Shown: positions 1-10,789 of the stretch, one piece after another
Numbering within the stretch: the first letter of the stretch is position 1
Layout of the letters: each line of letters starts with the position of its first letter
Assembly (NCBI RefSeq): GCF_000142905.1
Contig: NW_013657673.1
Span: 62,001 to 126,000, forward strand
Length of the DNA: 64,000 bases
Direction: 5' to 3'
Source: Thecamonas trahens ATCC 50062
Taxonomy: Eukaryota; Protista; Apusomonadida
Notes under the pieces: generated by a model
What the model saw: only the letters and a program-made list of their open reading frames with translations
Told to the model about the DNA's origin: nothing
The model's database searches: none
Program-made: the position numbers and the translations under genes

Positions 1-965
1 CTGGATCCGGAGCGAGACCGCCTGCAGCTGTGTCCGCATCTGGTAGAACTTCTGGATGTACTTGCGCGTCCGGACGAGGTCCTTGGCCATCACCTTGGCC
101 GCGCCCATCTGGTTGTCCTTGGCTGCCTTCTTGATATCCGCAATGATCTTCTTCTCCGACCGCTGCATGCTTGTCCGCTCACGATCCAGCTCCCGCATCG
201 CCTTCTTCAGCGCCCGCTGGTTCTCTCGCAGGATCTCTGTCCGCCCCACCACCGATCCCACACCAGTCCATCACCGAGAAGAAGCGCATCCCAGAGCAGC
301 CAGCCGAGAGAGAGAAAGAGAGGGAGACAGGAGAGGAAGACAATGACCCCGATGCACATGCCCCGGACACCACCCCCACGTCGACGATCAGCATCAGCAG
401 CCAGCCCACCAGCAGCATGGGAAACAAGACAGCAACAAGTGAGTGATATTGCGCAAGGGGATGGGGAGACAGGAAGGAAGGAAAGGGAGGGGGAGGGGAG
501 GAGAGGAGAGGAGAGGAGAGGGGAGGGGAGGTTGGTGGCTTCTCCCCGTTCTCTCGCATGTGCAACTGACGTACGCTTGGGTGTCTTCTTCCTGTGGCAG
601 GCAAAGGGAAGGGAGAAAGGGGAGGAAGGGATGAGTGTAGAAGGACCGGGGGGAGGAGGAGGGGGGGGGGGGGGATGGAAGGATGAAAAGGGGGAGGGAG
701 GAGGGGAGAGGGAGGGGGAGGGGGGGGGGGAGGGAGGGGAGGGGGGTGTTGTCGTCGACGTGACGGGCGTGTTGTCGGCGGTGTTACTCGTGTCGGCGTC
801 GTCTTCATTCTGGGTATGGAAGCCATGGCCAAACCATCCACACCACCCACACCCACACCCACACACACACTCTCTCTCTCTCTCTCTAGCTCTCTCTAGC
901 TCTTTCTCTGGCTCTCTCATCCCTCTAGGTATTGCTACTACGTACTTGCCAAACAGCCACTCCAT
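1..965 (-). CDS. VPS2: ESCRT-III subunit CHMP2A/Vps2 (3' end outside window); exons 965-946, 591-575 (17-nt microexon), 236-<1
   Basis: Splicing GTACGT..CAG introns gives MEWLFGKKKTPKQILRENQRALKKAMRELDRERTSMQRSEKKIIADIKKAAKDNQMGAAKVMAKDLVRTRKY, matching the CHMP2A N-terminus; intron phases are consistent. Confidence 0.93.
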
Positions 966-1108
966 GGTTGTTGCCTCGCTTTGTCGACAAGTGTGTGCCG
1001 CTCCCCTTCATCGGTCGGCTGCACACACCCCACACACCCAATCTCATGCCCCCCATTCTCTTCCTTCGCTCCGGTGAAACAATACGATAAGTGTGTTTGT
1101 AGAACAAG

Positions 1109-2433
1109 TTAAGCGGTGACAGGCTTGCGCATGACAACAAGGTGCATCGGGGTAAAGACGTTGAGCTTGCCGCCGTGGACGAGGCCGTCGACGGCAGTGA
1201 GGAGCATCTCGTGGACGTCGGTGGTGCCCTCGGGGCGAGGCCAAAGAACTCGGTGAAGATGCAGGTCATGTGGGTGAGCTGGTACGAGAGCCACGACATG
1301 TCGAGGCGCGAGTACCACGGGCGAGTGTCGACGACGTCCTGGGCAAGGTCTGCGTCCGAGATGACCTCAAAGCCGACAGCCTCGGCCGCGGCCTTGACGT
1401 CCTCAAACGAGCGGATCGGCGGGAGCGCGTTGCCGTACTCGATGTCCTTGATGGCCTGCACATGCTCCTCGTTGTTGGAGTCGTAGTTGGGCGTCGTCAG
1501 CCACTCGTACGACGCAAACACGCCGCCGGGCTTGAGCGTCCGGAAGACCTCGCCGTAGACGAGCTCGAGCTTGGGCGCATGGCAAGTGGCCTCGATGGCG
1601 TACGCCACGTCAAACTTGTCGGCATCAAACGGCATCTCCAGAAAGTCGCCCTGCACAACGTGCACGCGCTCGGCGAGACCCATCTCCTTGGCGTAGTTGT
1701 TGGCCTTGGCCACCTGGTACTCGTTGATGGTGATGCCCTGCACGTTGCCGCCAGAGTGCGACGCAATCGCGCGCGCCGGCCCGCCCACGCCGCACCCGAC
1801 ATCGAGCGCAGTGAGTCCGGGCTTGAGCCCAATCACGTCAGCGATCCGCTCCTCGTGCCGCCGGATCGAGTCGTCGTGCGACTCGGCAGTCTTGGTGTGC
1901 GCAAAGTGGAAGCTCTGGCCCCAGCCGTACTCGTACCAGTCAGACACAATGTTGTAGAACGAAGAAATCATCGCAGGGTTCTCGTCACGGTCGTTCTTGC
2001 CCTCGGACGTGATGTCCGCATGGTACGTGTCCCACGACGCCTTGACAGCGCCGTCCTCAAACGTCGAGAACAGATCCACAAACCCAGGCTTGTCACCCTA
2101 CACACACACACACATACATTCACCATCATCACCATCATCCTCTCTGTGAGTATTTCCTCAGCAGCCAATCAAAAAATCTTATCATAACACCCCCCCCCCC
2201 TCCCCTGGCGCGTGAATACCCCCGCATCATCCGGAGAAAAAGGGCATTCGGCCGTCCATGGCTGACCCCCCGCACCAGAAAGCTGGAGAACCATCCCCAC
2301 GCTGAGGGATCAAACCCCCCCCCCCGCTCGCCACCTTCATACGTACGTTGCTGAAGATACGGAACGAGTCGTTGGGCCAGAGGAGGATGACGGCAAAGGC
2401 CACCACAGCAAGCGAAGCAAAGGTACCCTTCAT
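1109..2433 (-). CDS. ERG6: Sterol 24-C-methyltransferase; exons 2433-2347 and 2097-1109; apparent 1-nt frameshift at ~1232-1235
   Basis: SMT motifs YEYGWGQSFHF, LDVGCGVGGPAR, YAIEATCHAP, LKPGG. The conserved C-terminus (APEGTTDVHEML..GGKLNVFTPMHLVVMRKP) is in another frame. Exon 1 encodes a hydrophobic N-terminus. Confidence 0.93.
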
Positions 2434-2806
2434 GTTGGATAACTGATAGAGAGGCGTACCGTCAACTCGTGACGCCGGCCTCCAGGTCCTGTCACTGCTG
2501 TCCCGCTGCCGATCAACCACAGTCGCCATTACGAAAAATCTGAGCCGCACGAGGCGGTGTCAAATTTTTAGCTGGGCCGCAGCCGCAACCTTACCCAACG
2601 GGCCCGCTTCTCGTAGTGCAGCGCACAGCACGCCTGCGTGGCGCAAAGGGTGAGCCAAAGGCGGGTGGGCAGCAAAAAAGAGTATCTGGGGTGCCTGGAA
2701 GGAGTAAACAGCTGCAATGCCGCAGAAGCTGGTCGCGGCGTAGAGGCAGTTTCGCGGCCACGTGATTGTGACGCAGGTCTCGCAGCCGCCCTACCACTTG
2801 GTCACC

Positions 2807-3787
2807 TCACACCAACAGGGCGGCACCAGTCAGCCCTGGCTCGGCGAGTCGCGGCGGGCGAAGGTAGGCCTCGATCGAGTCGGTGATCCGCGGAACTGCG
2901 AGGTACCCGTTGAGCAGTGTGTGGACGTGGCTCCGGACCCGCGCATAGAGCGAGCGCCGCTTGAGGATGCCGCCACCGAGCACGACGGTGTGCGGCGAGA
3001 GGACAAGCGTGACGTTGATCACCAGCTGCGCGAGATACCACGCCACCGCGTCCCAACCGACATCATCGTCCGGCACAGACGCCAAATCGGCGGCTGCCAC
3101 CCCGAACCGCGCCGCAAGCCCGCCTGATGCCACATACCCTTCGACGCACCAGGCATGGAACGGGCAGACATGCAGATTGTCGATGCCGGCTGCCGCATCT
3201 GCAGGATGCATGCCCACACACATGTGCCCCGCCTCGGGATGAAGCAAGCCGTGGACTGCAGTCTCGGCATCCAGCGCCACACCCACACCAACACCCGTGC
3301 CCACAGTCACATACACAAACGCCGCATCGCCGACGTCCTCGGGCTCGGCGCCCGCGCCCGCCGCCATCCGCTCCGCAAGAGCCGCCGCATTGACGTCCGT
3401 CTCAAACGCCACCGGCACGCCAAATGCAGCTGCAAACGTGCCCACCACGTCGGTGTTGGCCCATCCGGCCTTGGGCGTCGTCGTGATGAAGCCATAGCTT
3501 GCCGAGGTCTTGTTGAGATCAACCGGGCCAAACGAGGCCACGCCGACGCCCACCAGCTCGCATCCGTCGTCATTGCCCTCGCCCAGCTCGGCTACAGTCT
3601 CACTAATCCACGCCACCACGCCATCCAGCGTCGCCTGCGCATCGCGCAACGTCGCCATCTCCGCCCGCCTCAGCGGCTCGTCCCACACGCTCGTCACAGG
3701 CGCTGCAAACACTGCCACCACAAACGTCGTCCCGCCAGCCTCGACCGCCGCTACCACTTTCTGGCTCGTCCTTCCATCCTCGGCCAT
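2807..3787 (-). CDS. ROK-family fructokinase (bacterial YdhR/ScrK type), intronless
   Basis: VEAGGTTF, GVASFGPVDL...YGFITTTPK.GW, ETDVNAAALAE, YVTVGTGVGVG, HGLLHPEAGH, and the Zn motif CPFHAWCVEG; start taken at MAEDG. Confidence 0.88.
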   Translation of the reverse strand: MAEDGRTSQKVVAAVEAGGTTFVVAVFAAPVTSVWDEPLRRAEMATLRDAQATLDGVVAWISETVAELGEGNDDGCELVGVGVASFGPVDLNKTSASYGFITTTPKAGWANTDVVGTFAAAFGVPVAFETDVNAAALAERMAAGAGAEPEDVGDAAFVYVTVGTGVGVGVALDAETAVHGLLHPEAGHMCVGMHPADAAAGIDNLHVCPFHAWCVEGYVASGGLAARFGVAAADLASVPDDDVGWDAVAWYLAQLVINVTLVLSPHTVVLGGGILKRRSLYARVRSHVHTLLNGYLAVPRITDSIEAYLRPPRLAEPGLTGAALLV

Positions 3788-4339
3788 CGTCGCAAGTGTA
3801 ACGTTGGAGACGAGTGAGGCCAACACCGGCCTGTTGTCCCTGTTCCTGTCGCCTGCCTCTTGCGCTCGCAGCGAGCGCATCCTCGTCGCGATGAACCTCG
3901 GCGAGTGCAAAATCGCACTCCATCGTCCCAGACAAGTCACTAGATCTTACTCGGCAGAGTGTGGCGCCAGTCGTTGGCCTCCATGGCTATTTGCTGTCCT
4001 CCCATCTCGGCCGCGCGCCTCAGCTCCGTGTCATCAGCTGCAGCGCGCAGCCACAGGTCGCGTCAAGGAGCCCAACAACCATCGATCCAGCACATCCACC
4101 ACACGCAACACATCCCCACTGCTGTGACTAGCCCCATTTTACCTCTACTACCGCCATGTGCTCATGCGAGCTGTGTTCCGGTCGGCATCGGCCAATATGC
4201 CCGCCGTGGCGGTGCGGCAGCGGTCGGCTGCGCGCCAAGTCAGCCAACGGTCACAGCCCCCGGTTGCAGGCGAGGACGGGCGCGACTAGGGGTGCAGCAC
4301 GGACCACCCGACTCTACCACAGGCGAGGGGGTACGCCAG

Positions 4340-6420
4340 ATGCCATTGTTTGGAAGTGGGCGGGAAAAGACGCCGAGGCGGCTGGTTGAGCGTATCAAGG
4401 CGGCACGAGCCTCGCACAAGCTCAGCCTCAGCGACGAGCGGCTGGACGAGCTCCCGCGCGAGGTCTTCAAGTCGGGCCTTCCGCTGTTCTCCGCGCTTTA
4501 GATGTGAGCATCAACAGCCTCTCCAAGATTCCGACTTCGCTAGGGAAACTGACTGCGCTCACCATACTCGACCTCTCGCGCAACGACATCAAGGTCTTGC
4601 CGGACGTCTTTGCTCCCATGGATGCTCTCACCCGGCTCAACGTCTCGAGCAACGCGCTCACCGCTCTGCCCGACTCGATCGGCAAGCTCGGCAAGCTCAA
4701 CTTTTTCAATGCCTCGGAAAACTCGCTGGCCTCGCTGCCGAGCTCGATCTCGGGCCTGACCTCGCTCAAGGAGCTCGAACTGACGCGCAATGCTCTCGCC
4801 GCCCTACCGCCAGCTATCGCCAAGCTCACCTCGTTGCGGCTGCTGGACCTCGGCCACAATGAGCTCGTCGAGCTCCCGGCATGCATTGGCGCGCTAGTCT
4901 CGCTCAAGGATCTCTCGGTCAAGCACAACAAGCTCACCGCGCTTCCGCTGGAGCTCGGCAAGCTCCGCGATCTTCGAATCCTCAACGTCAACTCAAATGA
5001 GCTCGACGAGCTCCCGCCGGAGCTGGCCAAGCTCCGCGGCACACTCGCCATCATCGACTTTCAGGGCAATCCGCTCGCTGCTATGCCGCCGCACATCCGC
5101 ACCATGCCAACCACTGGCCTGCTGCACTACCTCGACAACCCCGACTCTGACCTGTTGGTCGTCCCGGGCACGCTCCTCTCGCCCACCAACCGCATCGTCG
5201 GCCAGCCGTCGCAGGCCTCTGATGGCCCGCTTGAGACCATCGCCACGGTTCACCGTGATGGATCGACCGACCCTGATGCCACACGCTTCTTCGACAACCT
5301 CTCCAACTTTCACCTACCGGCCAACTGCAGAGCATCGTCGTCATCGTCGCGATCGCGCTCCTCCTCGCCCGAGTATGAGTACGAGTACGCCGAGCTCGAG
5401 CCCGAGCATGCTCTTGCGCTGGCCGCCGACGCCGACGCCGACGCCGACGAGTCGGGCGACTCGCTCGTCTCCGGCGACTCGACGCCTCGCACGCCGCCGC
5501 CAGAGCTGGCCTCGCGCGCTGATGTCCTCTTCTCGGTTGAATCCGAGCTGGACAACGTCCGCCCACTGGTCCTAGAGTCCGGCCAGGATCCGCCCGATCA
5601 CGTGGTGGTGAGCGCCGGTGCCGCCGGAGGCATCGACCGCGCCGAAACGCTTTCGCGCATTTCGGCCGCGTTCGAGGCTGCGCGCGTGACGCCGGACATC
5701 GGGCTTGACGTTGGCATCAACCCTGGTCCCGCGCCGCCTACAATGGCGACGTCTGTGACAGCTGCAGCCGAGCCGCGAGTTCCGCGGCCGAGCGCGTTTG
5801 GCCCGCGCCAGTCGATCCTGCGCGCTCCGCTGGCATCGCGACCGCTCCGCGGCTCCAACACGCTGCTGTCGTCGACGCTTCGCTCGCCGGGAGGGCGGCG
5901 CGGGATCCAGTCGGCGGTCCTCCCGCGCGAGACGCCCGATTTTCTTCCGTCTTTTGGCACCGGCGCACTCGTCTTTCCTACCCGCGGCTCTTCGCCGCCG
6001 CCGCGTGCATCGCCGCTGAGTCGAGCCACGCCGGCCGGTGCTGCGCCGCCAGCCGCCAGCTCGCCAGCCCGCCAGCCGCAGCTCCTCTCAGCATCGCTTG
6101 GAGCCCGGCCCGAGTACGGCCAGCGGCTGTCGATGGCCATCGAGCCGCAGGTCACTGAGTTCTTTGCCTCGGGCCGTCATCACACCCCTGCCACCGCCGA
6201 CACCCTTCGCTCGACGAACGCCTTTCTCCGCTCGGCGCCGTCGTCCGCCGCCGGGCTGAGCAAGACGGCCTCGGCCCGCGCGCCGGCCCCGTCCGCCGGT
6301 CGATGGTCCCGGCCCTCGCCTGCCACCGCCACCGCCGCCCCATCGCCTCTCTCGCGCCGTCCCACCCGCGCCGATTCCTATCTCGCCCGCTACCACGAGC
6401 TCACTCGATCCCTGTCCTAA
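4340..6420 (+). CDS. Intracellular leucine-rich-repeat protein with long disordered C-terminus; apparent frameshift at ~4497-4499
   Basis: About 9 LxxLxLxxNxLxxLP repeats ending in an FQGNPL cap. The first repeat (LSLSDERLDELPREVF) lies in the preceding frame starting at ATG 4340. Confidence 0.82.
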
Positions 6421-6570
6421 ACTACAACAGCGCCGCCGTCACCGCCGAGCCGCCAACCCAAGCTCGAACGATCGCCTCTGTCTCAGCACTCGACTCGTGG
6501 CAGGCGGTAGCTAGCGAGCCCGAGCGACGGATTGCAAGCCTTGGAGTAGGCACGGGCCGAGAGTGAGGCG

Positions 6571-7422
6571 ATGGCGGCGAGTGAGCTTATTCGTGTGGGT
6601 GGTAGTGACGCTATGTGGGTGGTGGTCTTGGTCCTGGTCGTCGTTGCTGTCGGTCTGTGGCTGGGCGTGGTGGAAGCTCGGTTCTCTCCCTCCTTGTGGT
6701 GTGGCCGGCTGATGCGGGGCTTGTCGCTCATCGGTCACCCTGGCTTGGGAGAAGAGGCCATGGACGAGGACGAGCTTGAATGGTGGGCCCATCGCATACG
6801 TCTGGATGAAGGTCTGCGGAGGGACCAGCTCGCCGAGTACGACATCGAGCCTGATGGCAACTGTCAGTTTGTGGCCCTTGGCCAGCAACTGTTTGGATCG
6901 CTCGAGTGTGGCGCATGGGTTCGTGCTACGGTCTTGGATCACATTCTGGCGCATCCCGAGGCGTTTGCGGGCTTTGTGCCTGGCGGCTCGCTGGCTGACT
7001 TGCACAAGCACGTCCGATCCATGCGGACGCGGGGCGCGTGGGGCGATCACCTAACCCTCACCGCCGCCGCCCAGGTCTGGGGTGCTCGCATCGAGGTGGT
7101 AACCTCGGCACCTGCCGACGCTGACGATCCTGACAATCCTGCGGCACCGCTGGTTATCGAGCCCCCCGGTGCTGTTGTCTGGCCGCGCACCCTTCGGCTC
7201 TCGCACATTGCGCACGAGCACTTTAACTCTGTCTTTGATCTCGCCGAGCTGCGTACGCTCCGGCTCGGCCTCGATCTTCCGGGATGGAATGATGCCAATC
7301 TTGGCCCGCGCCCGTCGTGGCTCTCACGCCCGGTTGTCTTTTGCTACAGCCCGGATCGGTTTGCGGTCCTCCCCGACCGCGACAACGGCGTCTCTCTCGA
7401 CTGCATGGAGCGGCTCGGGTAG
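6571..7422 (+). CDS. OTU-domain deubiquitinase (true start may be the ATG at ~6760)
   Basis: IEPDGNCQFVAL Cys-loop, WGDHLTLTAAAQ, EHFNSV His-loop. Confidence 0.82.
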   Translation: MAASELIRVGGSDAMWVVVLVLVVVAVGLWLGVVEARFSPSLWCGRLMRGLSLIGHPGLGEEAMDEDELEWWAHRIRLDEGLRRDQLAEYDIEPDGNCQFVALGQQLFGSLECGAWVRATVLDHILAHPEAFAGFVPGGSLADLHKHVRSMRTRGAWGDHLTLTAAAQVWGARIEVVTSAPADADDPDNPAAPLVIEPPGAVVWPRTLRLSHIAHEHFNSVFDLAELRTLRLGLDLPGWNDANLGPRPSWLSRPVVFCYSPDRFAVLPDRDNGVSLDCMERLG

Positions 7423-7623
7423 CTGATGCCGACATCCATCATTGGACGCGATGAACGGGACTCGATGGAGGAGAATCTGGCATCAGGGACCACCGCCATC
7501 ACCATCTGCCGTGAGCAGCATCCTCAGGCCAAAGCGAACCCACCAGCTTCTGTGCGAGTGTCATCAATATCTTCCGCAGAGCGACTGCTATCTGGTCACT
7601 CTAAAGTGCGAGGACTATCCGTT

Positions 7624-7978
7624 CAAGCACCGGGCGAAGCCCATCCGATCGATGGCATTGAATCCGTCAAGCGGCGAGACCCACCCGATCGATGGCATTG
7701 AAGCCGTCAAGCACCGGGCGAGGCCCATCCGATCGATGGCATTGAAGCCGTCAAGCACCGGGCGAGACCCATCCGATCGATGGCATTGAAGCCGTGAAGC
7801 ACCGGGCGAGGCCCATCCGATCGATGGCATTGAAGCCGTCAAGCACCGGGCGAGGCCCATCCGATCGATGGCATTGAAGCCGTCAAGCACCGGGCGAGGC
7901 CCATCCGATCGATGGCATTGAAGCCGTCAAGCACCGGGCGAGACCCATCCGATCGATGGCATTGAAGCCGTCAAGCAC
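7624..7978. repeat. 44-bp minisatellite, 8 copies plus a partial copy
   Basis: Unit caagcaccgggcgaggcccatccgatcgatggcattgaagccgt, head-to-tail with no spacers; the second copy is 40 bp. Confidence 0.95.
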
Positions 7979-8044
7979 AGAGCGAGTGCGTCCAGTGCGG
8001 GTGCGGTCAGAAGACCACCTGACTCCCCCACGACCGCCACCACC

Positions 8045-9547
8045 ATGTCCACCACCTTGGACGTCTGTCTCTCACAGGTCTTCTACCACTACCGCGACCG
8101 GACACGCGGGGATGTACAGACAGTCATGCGCACATACCCGGGTCTTTCTCCCGAGGTAGCCACATACAGTACGCCCCCCCCCCTCCCCCCTCCCCCCCCC
8201 CCCCCCCTTGCCCGTACCCCCCTCTTCCTCCTTCCATGAACCCTCTTATGCGACTGCCCCCCAACCCACCCACCCCTCCAAACCCCTCCCCCTCCAAACC
8301 CCTCCAAACCCCTCCTCTACCCATTCCTATGTGTTGTGTACTTGAGCACCTGAGTGCCTGGTGCCTGTGGTTGTGGCTGTACACTGACCCTTGGTGTTGC
8401 TCTGGGTGAACGAATGAACGGGTCGGCGCGGACGTCTCGCTTGGCTCGCACTCGCTGATGTCGTGTCGCGCTGTGGCTGTGGTCAACGTGGATACTATGA
8501 TCGTTGTGTGTTTGCTGGTGTTATGTTGTGATGTCGGTGTCGCGTGCGCTTGCCTTATCTTTGTCGCGGATGGGGAGCACAGCATCCAACACTGGCGCAG
8601 AGGAGACACTGCTTGCACTGACGGGTACAATTCCAATCACATACGCCGGAAACACGTACAACATCCCGGTCAAGATCTGGTTGCCGTCGGTCTATCCGTC
8701 GGAGCGGCCAATCGCGTTTGTTACTCCGACGACAACCATGTACATCAAGCCCGGGCATGACCACGTGGACCTCTCGGGCCGGTGCTACCTGCCGTACTTG
8801 ACGTCATGGACAGGGACCAACTCGTCGCTCATCGGTCTTGTGGCTGCCATGTGCTCGGCGTTTTCGGCCTGCCCGCCGGTGGCCTCGGGCCCGCCACCGA
8901 CCGCGACGCCGGTCATGGCATCGCCGCCGGCATGGGGCGCGGCGCCGGGCTACACGACACAGTCGAGCTCGTCGACAAGAGCCGCGCCGGCGTACACCGA
9001 CACATCGCCGCCGGGCTACACACCAGCACAGGATCCGGTTGTGATGGTTCGCAAGCAGCTGGCTAAGGAGCTGACCGAAAAGACACAGGCCTCGCTCCGC
9101 GAGTTCTTCCCGCAAGCCACCGCCGAGGTTGACTCGCTGTACGAGATCCAGCGGAAGCGAACCCGCGAGGCCGCCATGTACAAGCACGAAACCGCCAGGT
9201 TTGAGAGTGAGCGCGACCACCTGGCGGCGGAGCAGGAGCAGCTGATGGTCGAGTCCGCAAAGATTGAGTCGTGGGTCGAGGCCAACCAACGCGACGACCG
9301 CGACGTTGACATCGACGAGATGACCAAGCCCAAGGGAGTCCTCAACCGCCAGCTCCTTGACGCCATGGCCAAGGATCGCGCCATTGACGACCTCTTGTAC
9401 GCGCTCTCGCGCGCGCTCAATGACGGTGTCATTCTCCTCGCCGTCTACCTCAAGCAGGTCCGCAAGCTCTCCCGTGACCAGTTCCTCGCCCGTGCTCTTG
9501 CCGAGCGCATCAAGGCCAAGATCAACACCGGCATCTACCATGCCTAG
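8045..9547 (+). CDS. TSG101: ESCRT-I subunit TSG101/Vps23; exons 8045-8168 and 8583-9547
   Basis: UEV domain (LLALTGTIPITYAGNTYNIPVKIWLP, HDHVDLSGRCYLPYL), Pro-rich linker, coiled coil, steadiness box (AIDDLLYALSRAL..GVI....YLKQVRKLSRDQF). Confidence 0.95.
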
Positions 9548-9708
9548 CTCACCATCCCCTCCTTGCGCACTACATGTGCTTCCCATGTAAAAGCAGTGCA
9601 ATTCCGAGCAACACCGCTATGTCCCGCCGAGCGGTCGGCAACGCGCCTTGTGCCTCTGCTCGCAGCGCAGTCACCAGCCACTCGACTCTCGCAGTCCGCT
9701 GTCTAAAG

Positions 9709-10784
9709 ATGGCTGTGAGTCGGCTGACCATTGCGCTGTACTGGCCGCAGCTGATTTGCTATGCCCGCATTCTTCTTCTCCTCTGTGCCCTTCCCCTCTG
9801 CCACCTCGCCCCAGCCACCTTTGCCGCCCTCTACATGTACGTGACATACAGGTCTGTTTGCCCCACAGCAGTCATGGCGCCAGTCGTTCCCATATCCCAC
9901 AACCACACTCACTCCCCCGTGACGTATGCTGCTGCATCGATCCCTGCATCTGCCGCCGTCGACATGCGGCATGCTGCATGCTGTCCGCATCATGGATATC
10001 TCTGTACTGACTGGTTGTGCTGGCTGTTTCCCTCGCCCACTGTTCTGTTGCCGATCTCGTTCGCCTCGTGACGTATGCTGCTGCATCGATCCCTGCATCT
10101 GCTGCCGTCGACATGCGGCATGCTGCATACTACCCGCATCATGGATATCTCTCACCCAACGACGGCAGCCTGCAAATGAGCCTCGATATGGTTGATGGCG
10201 CCCTGGCCCGTGCCCTGGGACAGACCTCCCGCCTCGGCGCTGTGCTCGACGTCGTCGCCGACAACCTCGCCCGGAGCCATCTGTACATGGTGGTGAGCGG
10301 ACTCTACACTCACGAGGATCTGGCGCACGGCGATGGCGGCGCGTGGCGGTGGGGCGCACTCCTCGGCGGCATTGTCATTGTCGAGTGGGCCACCTTTGCC
10401 GCTTCGCATGCCTCAGCCATGGCAAGCAACATCCACTGGAAGGCTGCGCGAGAGGCTGGCGAGGCGCCGCTGCTCCTCCGCCTCATCTTTGCCAACGGCT
10501 TCAAGAACCCGCTTGGTGTGGTAGTCATTGGCGGCGTCTCACTCCTCCCGTGCTGGATGTACATCCATTACCACTTTATCCATGCCATCCAGCCGCTTGC
10601 CGAGCTCTCGGCCCTGTTCTACGCGGTCGGTGCAGTCCTGCTTGTTGGCCGAGTGCTGGGCCTTGCCGCCGAGTCATACGTCATCTCGCAGCATGTGGCC
10701 CTGCTGCTGGACATGGATGTGATTGGGACTCAGAGCCAGGCCGTGATCGACGAAGTCTCCACCCTCCATAGCAAGAGTGCTTGA
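9709..10784 (+). CDS. CDP-alcohol phosphatidyltransferase, PI-synthase-like; exons 9709-9836 and 10169-10784
   Basis: Signature LDMVDGALARALGQTSRLGAVLDVVAD; PIS-like N-terminus LYWPQLICYARI; multiple TM segments; phase-2 intron is consistent. Confidence 0.85.
9918..10152. repeat. 86-bp direct duplication (9918-10003 and 10067-10152) inside an intron
   Basis: Two copies of cgtgacgtatgctgctgcatcgatccc...catggatatctct with 4 mismatches. Confidence 0.92.
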
Positions 10785-10789
10785 AGTGC

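Noticed and set aside
925-1230. SMT C-terminal extension overlapping the CHMP2 start
   Set aside because: It results from the frameshift at ~1233; the conserved C-terminus ends at 1109
7624-7978. CRISPR-like array
   Set aside because: Units are contiguous with no unique spacers, there are no cas genes, and the context is eukaryotic
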